The notes under the pieces: generated by a model | Database searches by the model: none | Told to the model about the DNA's origin: nothing | The model's input: only the letters and a program-made list of their open reading frames with translations | Translations under genes and position numbers: made by a program | In this document: positions 20,139-30,168 of the stretch, piece after piece | How the letters are laid out: each line of letters opens with the position of its first letter | Numbering within the stretch: position 1 is the stretch's first letter | Origin: Candidatus Thalassarchaeaceae archaeon | GTDB taxonomy: Archaea; Thermoplasmatota; Poseidoniia; Poseidoniales; Thalassarchaeaceae | NCBI GenBank assembly: GCA_943841885.1 | Contig: CALSZZ010000005.1 | Span: 63,766-127,765 of the forward strand | Direction: 5' to 3' | Length of the DNA stretch: 64,000 nt

Positions 20139-23100
20139 TTAATCATAGTTATCACAAAGTTCACCTTGAGAGGGGAAACTAAGAGGATCTTTAGGGTTAG
20201 TATTCCATTTATTTTCACATTTGTTGATATAACCATCGCCATCGGAATCTATTGCAGCATCTGAAGCATCATATGGATCAAAATTGAAAAAGTATTCCCA
20301 ACCTGACCACATGCCATCTCCATCTTGATCTTGGTGATATACCTCAGAACCATCAGACCAACCGTCTGGGCAGTTAGAACCATCGGCACACAAATCAGAA
20401 TCAGTTAATATTGGATTGGTACCATTCTGATATTCTTCATAATTAGTGAAATTAGCAAGATCATTGTAGAATCTTGCACCACCCCCATACGGATCAATAT
20501 GACACTCGGAATTCTGAGGATCTTCCCAACCAGGACAATATCGATTTTTGAGATATGTGATATTTAATCCATCACCATCAAAATCTTCTTGTCCATCATC
20601 AATTCCATCTAGATCTGAATCAGGCATTCTAGGATCCATTGGCCCACGAGAACCCAATGCACTTAGGGAATTTTCATCCACTAGCCCTAATGTTAGTGCT
20701 TGTTCTGTTTTTGTTACTTCCCATCCATCTGGTAATAAATCTCCATCACTGTCATGATCAACTGGATTTGTATTCCACCTATCAGGGGCTTCTAATGAAT
20801 TCTGTAAAGTGTCATTATCAATATCGTAAATGGAATCTTGTAAAATACTCGATGGGTTGAGTGCCCATCTGCCTTGTTCAGGAATTGTAAAATCAGTCAG
20901 ATTCATTTCGTGTAGGAAATATTTTGGATCCATTACTCCATCTCCATTTCTATCTCCGGAAGTTGAAAATCCAGTGTTGAAATTTGACCATACCCAACCT
21001 CCTGGCCCCAATCCACATTCTATGAGTGATTCACAATTTGGAGGGAGCCAAGGAGTGGTGGAAATCCAGAGACTGTGACTATTAGTATTCTGTTGTACAG
21101 AAAAAATTTGCATTTCCCAACCATCTGGCTGTCCATCGCCATCAGTATCATTATTCAATGGACTAGTAGGGCTTTGCCATGGCCGAGGTATGTACAGAAC
21201 TTCGCCTCCGTCATTGAGACCATCATCATCGGTATCGGCATTATTTGCATGAGTAACATAAGTATCCACTCCACCTATGACCTCTTCACCATCTTCGAGA
21301 CCATCATTATCAGTATCAAAAGCAGATGCGTTAGTGAAATAATGTACAGTAGAACCATTTATCTCAATATAATGTCCGGTTATTGATTCTCTGTAATCTT
21401 CCAAACCGTCTCCGTCCGTATCTCTATCTGTCGCATTTGTAAATGTATCATAATATTCTACGGAATCACTTAGGCCATCACTATCACTATCATAGGAACC
21501 AGGATCACTTCGGACAATTACGTCCCTAACTCCATCATCAACAATTCTAATTAGCCAACCCATAACTTCTATTCCGTCAATTAATCCATCACTATCCGTA
21601 TCTTCATTCAAAGGATCTGTAGATCTTCCATCTACAATTCCATCTTGATCTCTGTCTCTAGCGTTATATTCATTAAAGTTAGTAAATCTCTCATTTTCTT
21701 CTAGTACTACTACTAAATCTTGTAGTCTACTAGTCACTTCTTCATTGATTTCAATATTTATGTGATATACATATCCAGCTATCTGAGTTTTTATAGGTAT
21801 ATTGACGTAGTTTCCATCCTGTACTGTCTGTACCCAAAGTATCGCTTGATTTTCAACTACGTAATCACCTTTTTCGACCAAAATTGATTGGACTGTACTA
21901 ACTCCAAGCATTTCTGAATACCTCACTCCTCCATCGCCATCAATATCATATCCATCATAATCAGGATCATCATCAGCATTACTTCCATCAGCAGGGTGTA
22001 TTCCGCTAAGGTATTCCCAACCATCTGGCATACCGTCGTTATCCGTATCTGCATCTAGTGGGCTAGTGAAATTTGATTCACCCCATATATATGAAACCTC
22101 AAATTCTTCCACATTATTAAGACCATCATCATCATTATCTCCATATGCATCTGTAGAATTTGAAGGATTTAGTAGTTCATTGTAACAATATTCGAAGCCA
22201 TCAGGCATACCATCTCCATCAGTATCCCAGTCCCCTGGGCCGTTAAGTCTACCATCTGAGTCCATATCTTGTTCAAACCAAGTTAAGTCACCTGGTGCTG
22301 TCATTTTATCTGTATATGGTGCATCAATAGATAAAGTACCAAAAACTGGAACACCACAATGAACATCAAGAACTATGGAACCAAACGCAATTTCATATCT
22401 ATCATCTATGAGATCGTTATCACTATCCTCAGCGAGAGGGTTTGTATCATATCTTTCCTCGACAAAATTCCTCAAGGTATCTGGCTCAGGTTGTTCTAAA
22501 TCAAGTACAGCATCACAAGAATGTCCAAATTGATTACCCATTTCTTCCCATTCAGTAGAACCAATATCTAACTCTATTTCAGCACGAACAGTAGCGGAAA
22601 GAAGAGGGCAATTCCAATTTCCATCTAAAGGGTCCAAGAGAGTAATTGGCCCTTGAGATGTTACAATTTCATATGTATATTGAGATTCCCATCGGTCATT
22701 TAGTCCGTCTCCGTCACTATCTTTTAGGTTGGGATTTGTACCAAGTTCTGATTCTTCAAGATTGGTGAGGCCATCCCTATCTGGATCTCCTAAAGGACCA
22801 TTGTCAGGATTAGGGAATGTTTCATTTTGCTCACCAGTTTCTTGTTCAGTATCTACAGAATTGATGGGTATATCTTTACAATCACCTTGATCAATATCTA
22901 CGAAAGATATGCACGGTTCCCCAGTATCTAGGGGATCTAAGCCATTGTCTATTTCCCAACCATCTTCGAGGCCATCTCCATCCGTATCAGCTTTCTGCCA
23001 ATTAGTTCCATAGAGAGTTTGTTCCATCCTATCTGGTATTCCATCACCATCCCAGTCGCAACCAACTGTCGCAACATCTTCTGGGCATTCTTTAGGATTT

Positions 23101-23252
23101 TCATCTTCAGTGATAAAAATATCTCCTACGGCAGAATCAAAACCACCTGTATCTGTACTAGAAATTGCGGCACCAATAACAGTATAAATTCCCGCCAAAC
23201 ATAGTGTAGCGGCAATTGCTGCAACTGCATATTGGTTATGATTTAGAGCCAT
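20139..23252 (-). CDS. secreted thrombospondin type-3-repeat (calcium-binding DxDxDG) protein
   Basis: N-terminal signal anchor. More than 15 copies of DxDxDGxxDxxE-type loops, for example DTDGDGLEDGWE, DSDGDGLNDRWE, DTDNDGMPDGWE, DTDSDGLIDGIE, DTDGDGQPDGWE. Confidence 0.85.
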   Translation of the reverse strand: MALNHNQYAVAAIAATLCLAGIYTVIGAAISSTDTGGFDSAVGDIFITEDENPKECPEDVATVGCDWDGDGIPDRMEQTLYGTNWQKADTDGDGLEDGWEIDNGLDPLDTGEPCISFVDIDQGDCKDIPINSVDTEQETGEQNETFPNPDNGPLGDPDRDGLTNLEESELGTNPNLKDSDGDGLNDRWESQYTYEIVTSQGPITLLDPLDGNWNCPLLSATVRAEIELDIGSTEWEEMGNQFGHSCDAVLDLEQPEPDTLRNFVEERYDTNPLAEDSDNDLIDDRYEIAFGSIVLDVHCGVPVFGTLSIDAPYTDKMTAPGDLTWFEQDMDSDGRLNGPGDWDTDGDGMPDGFEYCYNELLNPSNSTDAYGDNDDDGLNNVEEFEVSYIWGESNFTSPLDADTDNDGMPDGWEYLSGIHPADGSNADDDPDYDGYDIDGDGGVRYSEMLGVSTVQSILVEKGDYVVENQAILWVQTVQDGNYVNIPIKTQIAGYVYHINIEINEEVTSRLQDLVVVLEENERFTNFNEYNARDRDQDGIVDGRSTDPLNEDTDSDGLIDGIEVMGWLIRIVDDGVRDVIVRSDPGSYDSDSDGLSDSVEYYDTFTNATDRDTDGDGLEDYRESITGHYIEINGSTVHYFTNASAFDTDNDGLEDGEEVIGGVDTYVTHANNADTDDDGLNDGGEVLYIPRPWQSPTSPLNNDTDGDGQPDGWEMQIFSVQQNTNSHSLWISTTPWLPPNCESLIECGLGPGGWVWSNFNTGFSTSGDRNGDGVMDPKYFLHEMNLTDFTIPEQGRWALNPSSILQDSIYDIDNDTLQNSLEAPDRWNTNPVDHDSDGDLLPDGWEVTKTEQALTLGLVDENSLSALGSRGPMDPRMPDSDLDGIDDGQEDFDGDGLNITYLKNRYCPGWEDPQNSECHIDPYGGGARFYNDLANFTNYEEYQNGTNPILTDSDLCADGSNCPDGWSDGSEVYHQDQDGDGMWSGWEYFFNFDPYDASDAAIDSDGDGYINKCENKWNTNPKDPLSFPSQGELCDNYD

Positions 23253-23324
23253 CCAAACACCTGCCCCCTACCTGAGAACGCTCCATTGAATTTGAGTTCG
23301 GATATAATGTTTCACAGTACAAGA

Positions 23325-24428
23325 TTAATATTGAGGGTTTAAGTCATCAAGAGAGTTAGAAATTTTTACAAAAAAATAATTTTTATCCGAGTTTAAAATT
23401 AGTTTACCTTTCATACCATATGCTCGCTCCCAGCATGCCAAAAGGATTCCACATGAAAGTGAAAGATGGAAAGATGTTTCTAGTTGAAAAATTATTCCTC
23501 CTGATTTATCTACTGATTCAGCATGAGTTATATTACCAAGTCCGTACATACTAAGATGTTTCTGACCTACTTTTTTCCAGTCAGAATCTTCCCTTATCAA
23601 AATATGATAAGAAGATGCAATAAATAACTCTCTAGCTGAATCTGCTGAAGCGGACCACCATAGAGACTTCAGTTCATCTTTAATACCCCAATCATAATTA
23701 CTTAAGCCGACAAAGTCTATTTTCTTTAAAGATGGCATACATTGTTCTTCAAACCTAAAGAATAAATCTCTTGAGACTATCATTTTACGTGAATTTTGAA
23801 CATACCATGCTCCATCATCCTCTATGGAAAGCATATCCCATAATTCAGAATTATGTGTTTTTTTGAAATCAGAAAAATTATAATCAAAATTATTAGATTT
23901 AGAAGGATAAGGAAAAAACTGATTTGTTGGTTCGAAAATTAATAATATTGATGTCTCAGAATCATTCCAATGAAATTTATATCTTGCACCATTAATGTAT
24001 TCAAAGGCTGAAGAAAGATAACCTATAGTAATGTATAAATTAGCATAATTTGTAATCAGAAATTTGGTGGTTTTAGAGTCTACGGAATATAATGAAAATT
24101 TTCCAAAACTTCTATACATCCAATCCTCATGTAATTCTTTCCAACTTCCTATATCTTTATTTTTTGGTATCTGGGCTTTATTAAAAATTAGTGAATATTC
24201 GAATGAATCTGAGGATGCTTGAATTAATCTTTTACCCAATATTAATCCCAACCTTTCTTCAACGCCAAAAAACCACTTTTCAAACCAATTAGAATCTGTA
24301 ATCCAAATTGATTGGTGATTATCCGCCTCATCCAATATAAGTCCATTAGAGAAATGAATCCATCTTTTTGAAGGGTTGAAATCCTTGGTTTTATGTTTAT
24401 TATTAATAATATTCGAAAACCAAGACAT
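23325..24428 (-). CDS. hypothetical protein, possibly two V4R-like domains
   Basis: 367-aa ORF counted from the ATG at 24428; a GTG at 24437 would overlap the upstream stop. The two halves look similar, and the C-terminal SLSCGILLACWERAYGMKG resembles the Cys-containing V4R small-molecule-binding pattern. The functional call is weak. Confidence 0.55.
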   Translation of the reverse strand: MSWFSNIINNKHKTKDFNPSKRWIHFSNGLILDEADNHQSIWITDSNWFEKWFFGVEERLGLILGKRLIQASSDSFEYSLIFNKAQIPKNKDIGSWKELHEDWMYRSFGKFSLYSVDSKTTKFLITNYANLYITIGYLSSAFEYINGARYKFHWNDSETSILLIFEPTNQFFPYPSKSNNFDYNFSDFKKTHNSELWDMLSIEDDGAWYVQNSRKMIVSRDLFFRFEEQCMPSLKKIDFVGLSNYDWGIKDELKSLWWSASADSARELFIASSYHILIREDSDWKKVGQKHLSMYGLGNITHAESVDKSGGIIFQLETSFHLSLSCGILLACWERAYGMKGKLILNSDKNYFFVKISNSLDDLNPQY

Positions 24429-24433
24429 TGTAA

Positions 24434-25654
24434 TCACGCAAGAAATTCAGATATTCTATCAAAAGCCTCCTTTAGAATATTTATTGAAGGTAGACAAACC
24501 ATCCTAAAATGACCATTACCGAATTCTGATGAAAATCCAGAACCGTGAACGACTAGAACATGTTTTTCATTAAGTAAATCAAGGACAAACTTCTTGTCGT
24601 TTTCAGATAGATTTGGATCTTTAATTTTTACAAATAAATAAAAAGCAGCACCGGGAGGTTCACATTCTAATCCTTCGATTTCAGAAATTCTTTTTAGACA
24701 ATAGTCTAATCTTTTTTTTATCTTAGATTTATGTTCATCTAGCCATTTTGAATCACCATTTAAACCTGCTAAGAATCCATATTGAGCAGGAGTCGAGGCA
24801 CATAGACGGCTACGAAGCAGCCTCTCCATGCCATCTCTTACTAAGTTAAGATTACCAGATGGATCATGTAGAGCCATATATCCAACTCTCCAACCTGGGG
24901 CAAAATATATTTTAGAAACACCGTTAAGGACTATTACAGGAGTTTTTAATGATCTAGATGCAACAGAGCATATTTTTCCTGTAAAATCAAGAGCGTCATA
25001 TATTTCATCGGCTATTATCGTACATTTAGGCCATTCATTAGCAATTTCCAATAATGAATCTATATCCTTTTTTGTAGCCACATTTCCCGTTGGATTATTT
25101 GGATTTATTAGAACTAGTAATCTAACTTTATTATTCATCTTAGACTTTATGTCTTCCAAATCAATTTTCCAACTATCATTAGGATTTAGTCTGTACTCCA
25201 CAGTTTTAGCACCATACATTTGAGGATATGCAACATATGGAGGATAATGAGGACCTGGGGCTAAAACTATGTCTCCTTTTTGGAGGAATGCTGCGAATAT
25301 TATTTGTAATGCTTCCGTAACTCCGTGAGTAACATAAACATCATCAGAAGAACAATTCCAGCCTTTCTTTGATTCAGATAATGCAATCGCAGATCTCAAA
25401 ATAGGCAGACCATATGAAGGACCATATCCATTATCTTGCCTGTCTAGAGCTTTTTTGAATTCTTCAATCATGTGAGAAGGAGTAGATAATCCTTCATATG
25501 CCAAAGGATCGCCAATATTTAACCTAATTATTTCATGCCCTTCTGACTCTAATTTAACTGCTGGTACGACTACATCGCGAATTGCATATTCAATATTAGA
25601 TGCCCTAGGAGCAACATCAACTTGGTCCACCATGATGTTGCGGGTACCAATCAT
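24434..25654 (-). CDS. PLP-dependent class I aminotransferase (alanine/aspartate aminotransferase-like)
   Basis: NPNNPTG motif, PLP-lysine context GVSKIYFAPGWRVGY and a C-terminal FRMV-type motif, in 406 aa. Confidence 0.85.
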   Translation of the reverse strand: MIGTRNIMVDQVDVAPRASNIEYAIRDVVVPAVKLESEGHEIIRLNIGDPLAYEGLSTPSHMIEEFKKALDRQDNGYGPSYGLPILRSAIALSESKKGWNCSSDDVYVTHGVTEALQIIFAAFLQKGDIVLAPGPHYPPYVAYPQMYGAKTVEYRLNPNDSWKIDLEDIKSKMNNKVRLLVLINPNNPTGNVATKKDIDSLLEIANEWPKCTIIADEIYDALDFTGKICSVASRSLKTPVIVLNGVSKIYFAPGWRVGYMALHDPSGNLNLVRDGMERLLRSRLCASTPAQYGFLAGLNGDSKWLDEHKSKIKKRLDYCLKRISEIEGLECEPPGAAFYLFVKIKDPNLSENDKKFVLDLLNEKHVLVVHGSGFSSEFGNGHFRMVCLPSINILKEAFDRISEFLA

Positions 25655-25707
25655 AACAAGAAGTCAACGGAAAAATAAACTCAGATAGGATATAAAATAT
25701 TGATTTA

Positions 25708-28617
25708 TTACTTATCTAAACCGATAATTTTTCGAGCCTCGATAAGGGCATTTTCTATTCCGTCTGGATTTGAACCTCCTCCTTGAGCAAATGACGGTTT
25801 TCCCCCTCCTCCTCCATTGATATATTTAGAAATATTATTTAATATTTCAACAGCATTATATTTTTCAGATACCAAAGAGTTTTCGGTCAAAGCGATTATT
25901 AGTTTTCCTCCTTCTTCTCGGCTTCCCAATACAGCAAGAGTTGGTTTTTCTGGGTCCCTAGTTAATTCAGACATCATTGCCATCATTTGTTTTGAATTAC
26001 CAGAAACTTCCATTATCACATACCTAATTCCGTTTACTTCTATTGCTTCATTACTATTGCCACTTGTTCTTAAGCGTATTATTTCTCCTTCTAGTTCTTC
26101 TATTATTTTTTGCTGTATCTTCCATTCTTCGAAAAAACGTGAAACTGTTTTAGGCAAATCTTGATGGCTGACACCTAATAATTTAGATGTTTCATTCAAA
26201 ATTTGTTCTTGTAATCGTGCATATTCACGTGCCGTCTCTCCTGCCACAATTTGGAGACGCTCTACCCCGTCTTGTACTTGACTGGTCCTAACTATCCTAA
26301 TTTCACCAATTTCAGATAAACTGTCATGGTGCGTGCCTCCACATGCCTGAATATCAAAATCACCAATTTTAATTATTCTGATTTCATCATGCTTCGGAGG
26401 TCCTCCTTGATAAATCTCGAATCCAAATTTATTATCCGCATCAGCCCTAGATAAAACTAATTTTTCTATTTTTAAGTTACTATTTATAATTTCATTTGCT
26501 TTGTCTTCAATCGTATTCAGTAATTTACTATCTATCCTGGAGTGATGAGTTACATCTATTCTAGCATAATTTGCCCCTTTATTTGAACCGGCTTGCCAAA
26601 TATGAGGACCTAGTAATTCTCTAGTGGCGCCACCGACTACATGAACTGCTGTATGATGATCCATTAGCTGCTTACGTCTATTCCAATTAATACGGCCTCG
26701 GACATTACCGATTTCTAAAGGGGCATCAGTAAAGTGAAGTACAACTCCCTCCGAAATTTTTGTATCAAGGACTTTTGCCTCAGAACTAAATTGCCTAAGC
26801 GCCCCTTGATCTCCAAGTTGTCCACCTCCTTCTGGATAAAATAAAGTACGATTGAGTATTATGATATACTTGGGAACACCATTAACTTCATTTGAAAATG
26901 TAAATGATTCTGCATCAGATGTTGATAATTTATTTACAAATAATACTTCTGCTGAAAAATCCGTCAAAGTAGTATCTTCATAATAATCAAGTAAAGTAGG
27001 CTTTACTGGATACTTTTTTGTAGTTTTTGATTTATATTTTTCTTTAGATTCCTCCTTTGTAATTTGAGCGTTTCTAGCAGCCATCTCTGCTGCAAAACCA
27101 ACTCGGACTGATAATTTATCCCAACCCAATTCATTAGATATTGATATAGCCATTTCTGGAGTCAGTCCTCTTTCTTCGGAAAGTCGATATAATATCTCAT
27201 CTGGAACTTGTAAAGAATTTTTATCAATATTTTTAAATGCAGTTTTAACAGCAGAATTTCCCTTTCTAATCATTTCATAATATTTCATTTCCTCAGAGTT
27301 TAAAATTTTCATTATTCCCTTCTTATTCTGAATAAAGGAATTAGTATCTAGGTAATATTCAATATGTTTGTAAGCTAAATCGGATAAACTAACTGAAATA
27401 TTTAGACTATCTTTCATCCTACAAACCCTTCTTAAAAGCATTCTTACCAAATAACCAGCTTTGGAATTACTTGGTACCAGTCCATCTCCGAGCATATTAC
27501 ATATAGCATGCATGTGATCAGGTATTGCATAAATTGAAGAAAGGGGTTCAGTAATTCTCTTTAGATGTTCAAGTGTTATATCATACCCAGAATCATTAAT
27601 TTTGGATATTAGAATATCATATAAAGAGCCTACATCGGTTCCTACATCAATATTTAAAATTCCAGATAATCTTGATATTTCTGATAACAGTAAATCTAAA
27701 TCAACATCTATTTCTAGAGAATTAATTAAATCGTGATAACCTGAAAGATTTTTTAACCAATTAACTATTTCTGGATAAATTGCCTCATAAATATTTGGAG
27801 TACCAGCGGCTGCCCAACAAAATCTTTCAAGTCCATATCCTGTATCTATTATTTGTAAATCCATTTCTTTGTATTTTAATCCCTTGATAATAATTTCTCC
27901 ATCTTCATGCTCTTCTAGATTCATAAAAACTAAAGTTGCTAATTCTAAACCCCCAACAATTACCTCAAGAGCAGGTCCGGCATTACCTCCTCCAGACCAA
28001 GGGTTTTCTACATAAGTAATATCTTTAGGTGAAATTCCGAAGGTTTCAATTAACATTTCATCACAATAACGAACACATTGATCTATCCAGTAAACTACAT
28101 CATCTTCATTTGGTCTGTTAAATGCATGATGGGCCATCATTTCAAAGGTAGAAAGATGTCTTCCTGAACGTCCAACTGCTGCCACATCTGTTAATCTAAT
28201 ACATGGTTGACTGATTGCTAATGGATTGGCAGGAGGAGGTACTTTTCCACTGGTAACATGCGGTTGAAAATCAGCAATACTTGCTATAGTGAGGTGTATA
28301 TCGTCACGCCATCTGGCTACAACTGGATATGGAGATATAATCTCATGACCACGTTTCTTAAAATAATCAAGAAATGTTTGCCTCATTCTATCTTTCAACT
28401 CCTTACCTTTCATAGGAAATCCTTTGATCAGAGGATTACCAATAAATGTGTAAGAATCAGAAGTTGAGTCTCCGCATGTTATTCTTTCAGAGTCCCTAGT
28501 CCAGAAATTCAATTTAGTTACAACACACTCTTTTCGAAATTGATTAGAATCATCCCAAAATGGGATATGAATATCTCCAAAGGCCAATGTATCACGTACC
28601 ACTATTGAGTCTTCCAT
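25708..28617 (-). CDS. alaS: alanyl-tRNA synthetase (archaeal type)
   Basis: FWT...TCGD...YTFIGNP N-terminal element, RWRDDIHLTIASIADFQP, class II core, editing-domain HHTAVH and CGGTH motifs, and C-terminal DHHA1-like GGGGKP. The start was set at Met16; the longest ORF reaches 28662. Confidence 0.9.
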   Translation of the reverse strand: MEDSIVVRDTLAFGDIHIPFWDDSNQFRKECVVTKLNFWTRDSERITCGDSTSDSYTFIGNPLIKGFPMKGKELKDRMRQTFLDYFKKRGHEIISPYPVVARWRDDIHLTIASIADFQPHVTSGKVPPPANPLAISQPCIRLTDVAAVGRSGRHLSTFEMMAHHAFNRPNEDDVVYWIDQCVRYCDEMLIETFGISPKDITYVENPWSGGGNAGPALEVIVGGLELATLVFMNLEEHEDGEIIIKGLKYKEMDLQIIDTGYGLERFCWAAAGTPNIYEAIYPEIVNWLKNLSGYHDLINSLEIDVDLDLLLSEISRLSGILNIDVGTDVGSLYDILISKINDSGYDITLEHLKRITEPLSSIYAIPDHMHAICNMLGDGLVPSNSKAGYLVRMLLRRVCRMKDSLNISVSLSDLAYKHIEYYLDTNSFIQNKKGIMKILNSEEMKYYEMIRKGNSAVKTAFKNIDKNSLQVPDEILYRLSEERGLTPEMAISISNELGWDKLSVRVGFAAEMAARNAQITKEESKEKYKSKTTKKYPVKPTLLDYYEDTTLTDFSAEVLFVNKLSTSDAESFTFSNEVNGVPKYIIILNRTLFYPEGGGQLGDQGALRQFSSEAKVLDTKISEGVVLHFTDAPLEIGNVRGRINWNRRKQLMDHHTAVHVVGGATRELLGPHIWQAGSNKGANYARIDVTHHSRIDSKLLNTIEDKANEIINSNLKIEKLVLSRADADNKFGFEIYQGGPPKHDEIRIIKIGDFDIQACGGTHHDSLSEIGEIRIVRTSQVQDGVERLQIVAGETAREYARLQEQILNETSKLLGVSHQDLPKTVSRFFEEWKIQQKIIEELEGEIIRLRTSGNSNEAIEVNGIRYVIMEVSGNSKQMMAMMSELTRDPEKPTLAVLGSREEGGKLIIALTENSLVSEKYNAVEILNNISKYINGGGGGKPSFAQGGGSNPDGIENALIEARKIIGLDK

Positions 28618-28691
28618 TAGATGATTGGTCTTGAAGGCAATGTCCAATAATGCCCCGGCCATTTGAAATGGTAGTGATATTGCGTATTACC

Positions 28692-30164
28692 ATGGGAGCA
28701 GAGTGGAGAGAATATCTAGAGCCTTTTGGCCCAGGAAGAATGCGCATTAAGAAGCATGGAAAAATGCTTACTGATGCATTTATGGTAGCAAATGAGAAAC
28801 ATATACAAGAGCATAAAGATGATCGATCTCCTAATCAAATTATCAATACCGCTTCTATGTTTGGAATAGTCGGAAATGCATGGGCCATGGCAGACTGGCA
28901 TTTTGGCTATGGATTTCCAATTGGAGGAGTAGTAGCAACAGATACAGAAGCAGGAGAACAGGGAGGTTCAATTTCTCCAGGAGGAGTGGGTTTTGACATT
29001 AATTGTGGTGTTAGATTATGTTCACTAGACATAACTATCTCGGACATAAATATCAAACAAATTGCTTCGGAATTAGCCTTAAGAATTCCAGCAGGAGCAA
29101 CAAGAAAAGGCGGATTAAATTTAGATCGGACGCAACTTGATTCCATCCTTTCGGGTGGCGCAAGAACTGCTGTTGAACTAGGATGGGGCGAAAGTAGAGA
29201 TTTGATGAGTATAGAATCTAATGGAATATTAGAGAGTAAAGAAAGAAATTTGAGCGACCGCGCAATGAAGAGGGGAGAAAAAGCACTAGGAACATTAGGA
29301 TCTGGTAATCATTTTCTAGAATTACAAGTTGTTGATAAGATAGTAGATAAAGAGGCAGCACAGTCATATGGATTGAGTGAAGGGCAAATAACAGTAATGA
29401 TACATACTGGATCTAGAGGTTTAGGGCATCAGGTATGTTCTGAACATGTAAACGCAATAGAATCTAATTATAAAAAAAATAATGGTATATGGCATTCTCC
29501 TAAATGGGGCATAGAAGTAACCGACAGACAGTTAGCTGCAGCGCCTATACATAGTAGAGAAGGGCAGGAATATTTAGATTCTATGAATGCAGCAGGAAAT
29601 TATGCTTTTGCCAATAGATCTGCATTAACACAAAAATTGAGAAGTGTACTTAGAGATATTTTAGGCCGTGATAGTAATTTAGATGTCATATATGACGTTA
29701 GTCATAATATTGCAAAAATTGAAGATCATAAAGTTCATGAAAAAAACTGTAAATGTTGTGTGCATAGAAAGGGTGCAACTAGGGCATTAGGAGGGGACCA
29801 TGTGGAATTATCTGAACGTTTTAGAGGCATAGGTCAACCTGTCCTCGTTCCCGGAGATATGGGGACAGCATCTTGGATTCTTGCAGGACCGAAAAAAGGT
29901 TCTAATGATGCTTTTTCATCGTCTTGTCATGGAGCAGGAAGAAGAATGTCGAGAACGGCAGCGAGAAATACTATTGACTCGATGAAACTTAGGAGTGAAT
30001 TAGAAGAAAGAGGTATATTCGTACATTCTAAGACACCTAATATACTTTCGGAAGAAGCACCGGATGCCTATAAAGATGTAAACGAAGTTGTTCAACTAAC
30101 TCAAGAAGCGGGTTTGGCAAGACCCGTGGCCCGTTTGAGACCTCTGGCAGTAATTAAAGGGTGA
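28692..30164 (+). CDS. rtcB: RNA-splicing ligase RtcB
   Basis: MADWHFGYGFPIGGV, GGVGFDINCGVR, GSGNHFLE, HTGSRGLGHQV and SSCHGAGR motifs. Length is normal, so no intein. The longest ORF starts at 28650. Confidence 0.9.
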   Translation: MGAEWREYLEPFGPGRMRIKKHGKMLTDAFMVANEKHIQEHKDDRSPNQIINTASMFGIVGNAWAMADWHFGYGFPIGGVVATDTEAGEQGGSISPGGVGFDINCGVRLCSLDITISDINIKQIASELALRIPAGATRKGGLNLDRTQLDSILSGGARTAVELGWGESRDLMSIESNGILESKERNLSDRAMKRGEKALGTLGSGNHFLELQVVDKIVDKEAAQSYGLSEGQITVMIHTGSRGLGHQVCSEHVNAIESNYKKNNGIWHSPKWGIEVTDRQLAAAPIHSREGQEYLDSMNAAGNYAFANRSALTQKLRSVLRDILGRDSNLDVIYDVSHNIAKIEDHKVHEKNCKCCVHRKGATRALGGDHVELSERFRGIGQPVLVPGDMGTASWILAGPKKGSNDAFSSSCHGAGRRMSRTAARNTIDSMKLRSELEERGIFVHSKTPNILSEEAPDAYKDVNEVVQLTQEAGLARPVARLRPLAVIKG

Positions 30165-30168
30165 TTAA

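Noticed and set aside
19627-30164. Archease, RtcB, aaRS genes, DtdA, RNase P subunit and tRNAs as a dedicated tRNA-processing island
   Set aside because: These are universal single-copy housekeeping genes scattered among unrelated genes on both strands. Archease and rtcB lie 8.5 kb apart. This is ordinary archaeal core-genome content, not a system.
25708-30164. Inteins in AlaRS or RtcB
   Set aside because: Both proteins have normal lengths (about 970 and 490 aa) with contiguous conserved motifs. No HNH/LAGLIDADG block or Cys/Ser...HN splice junctions are present.
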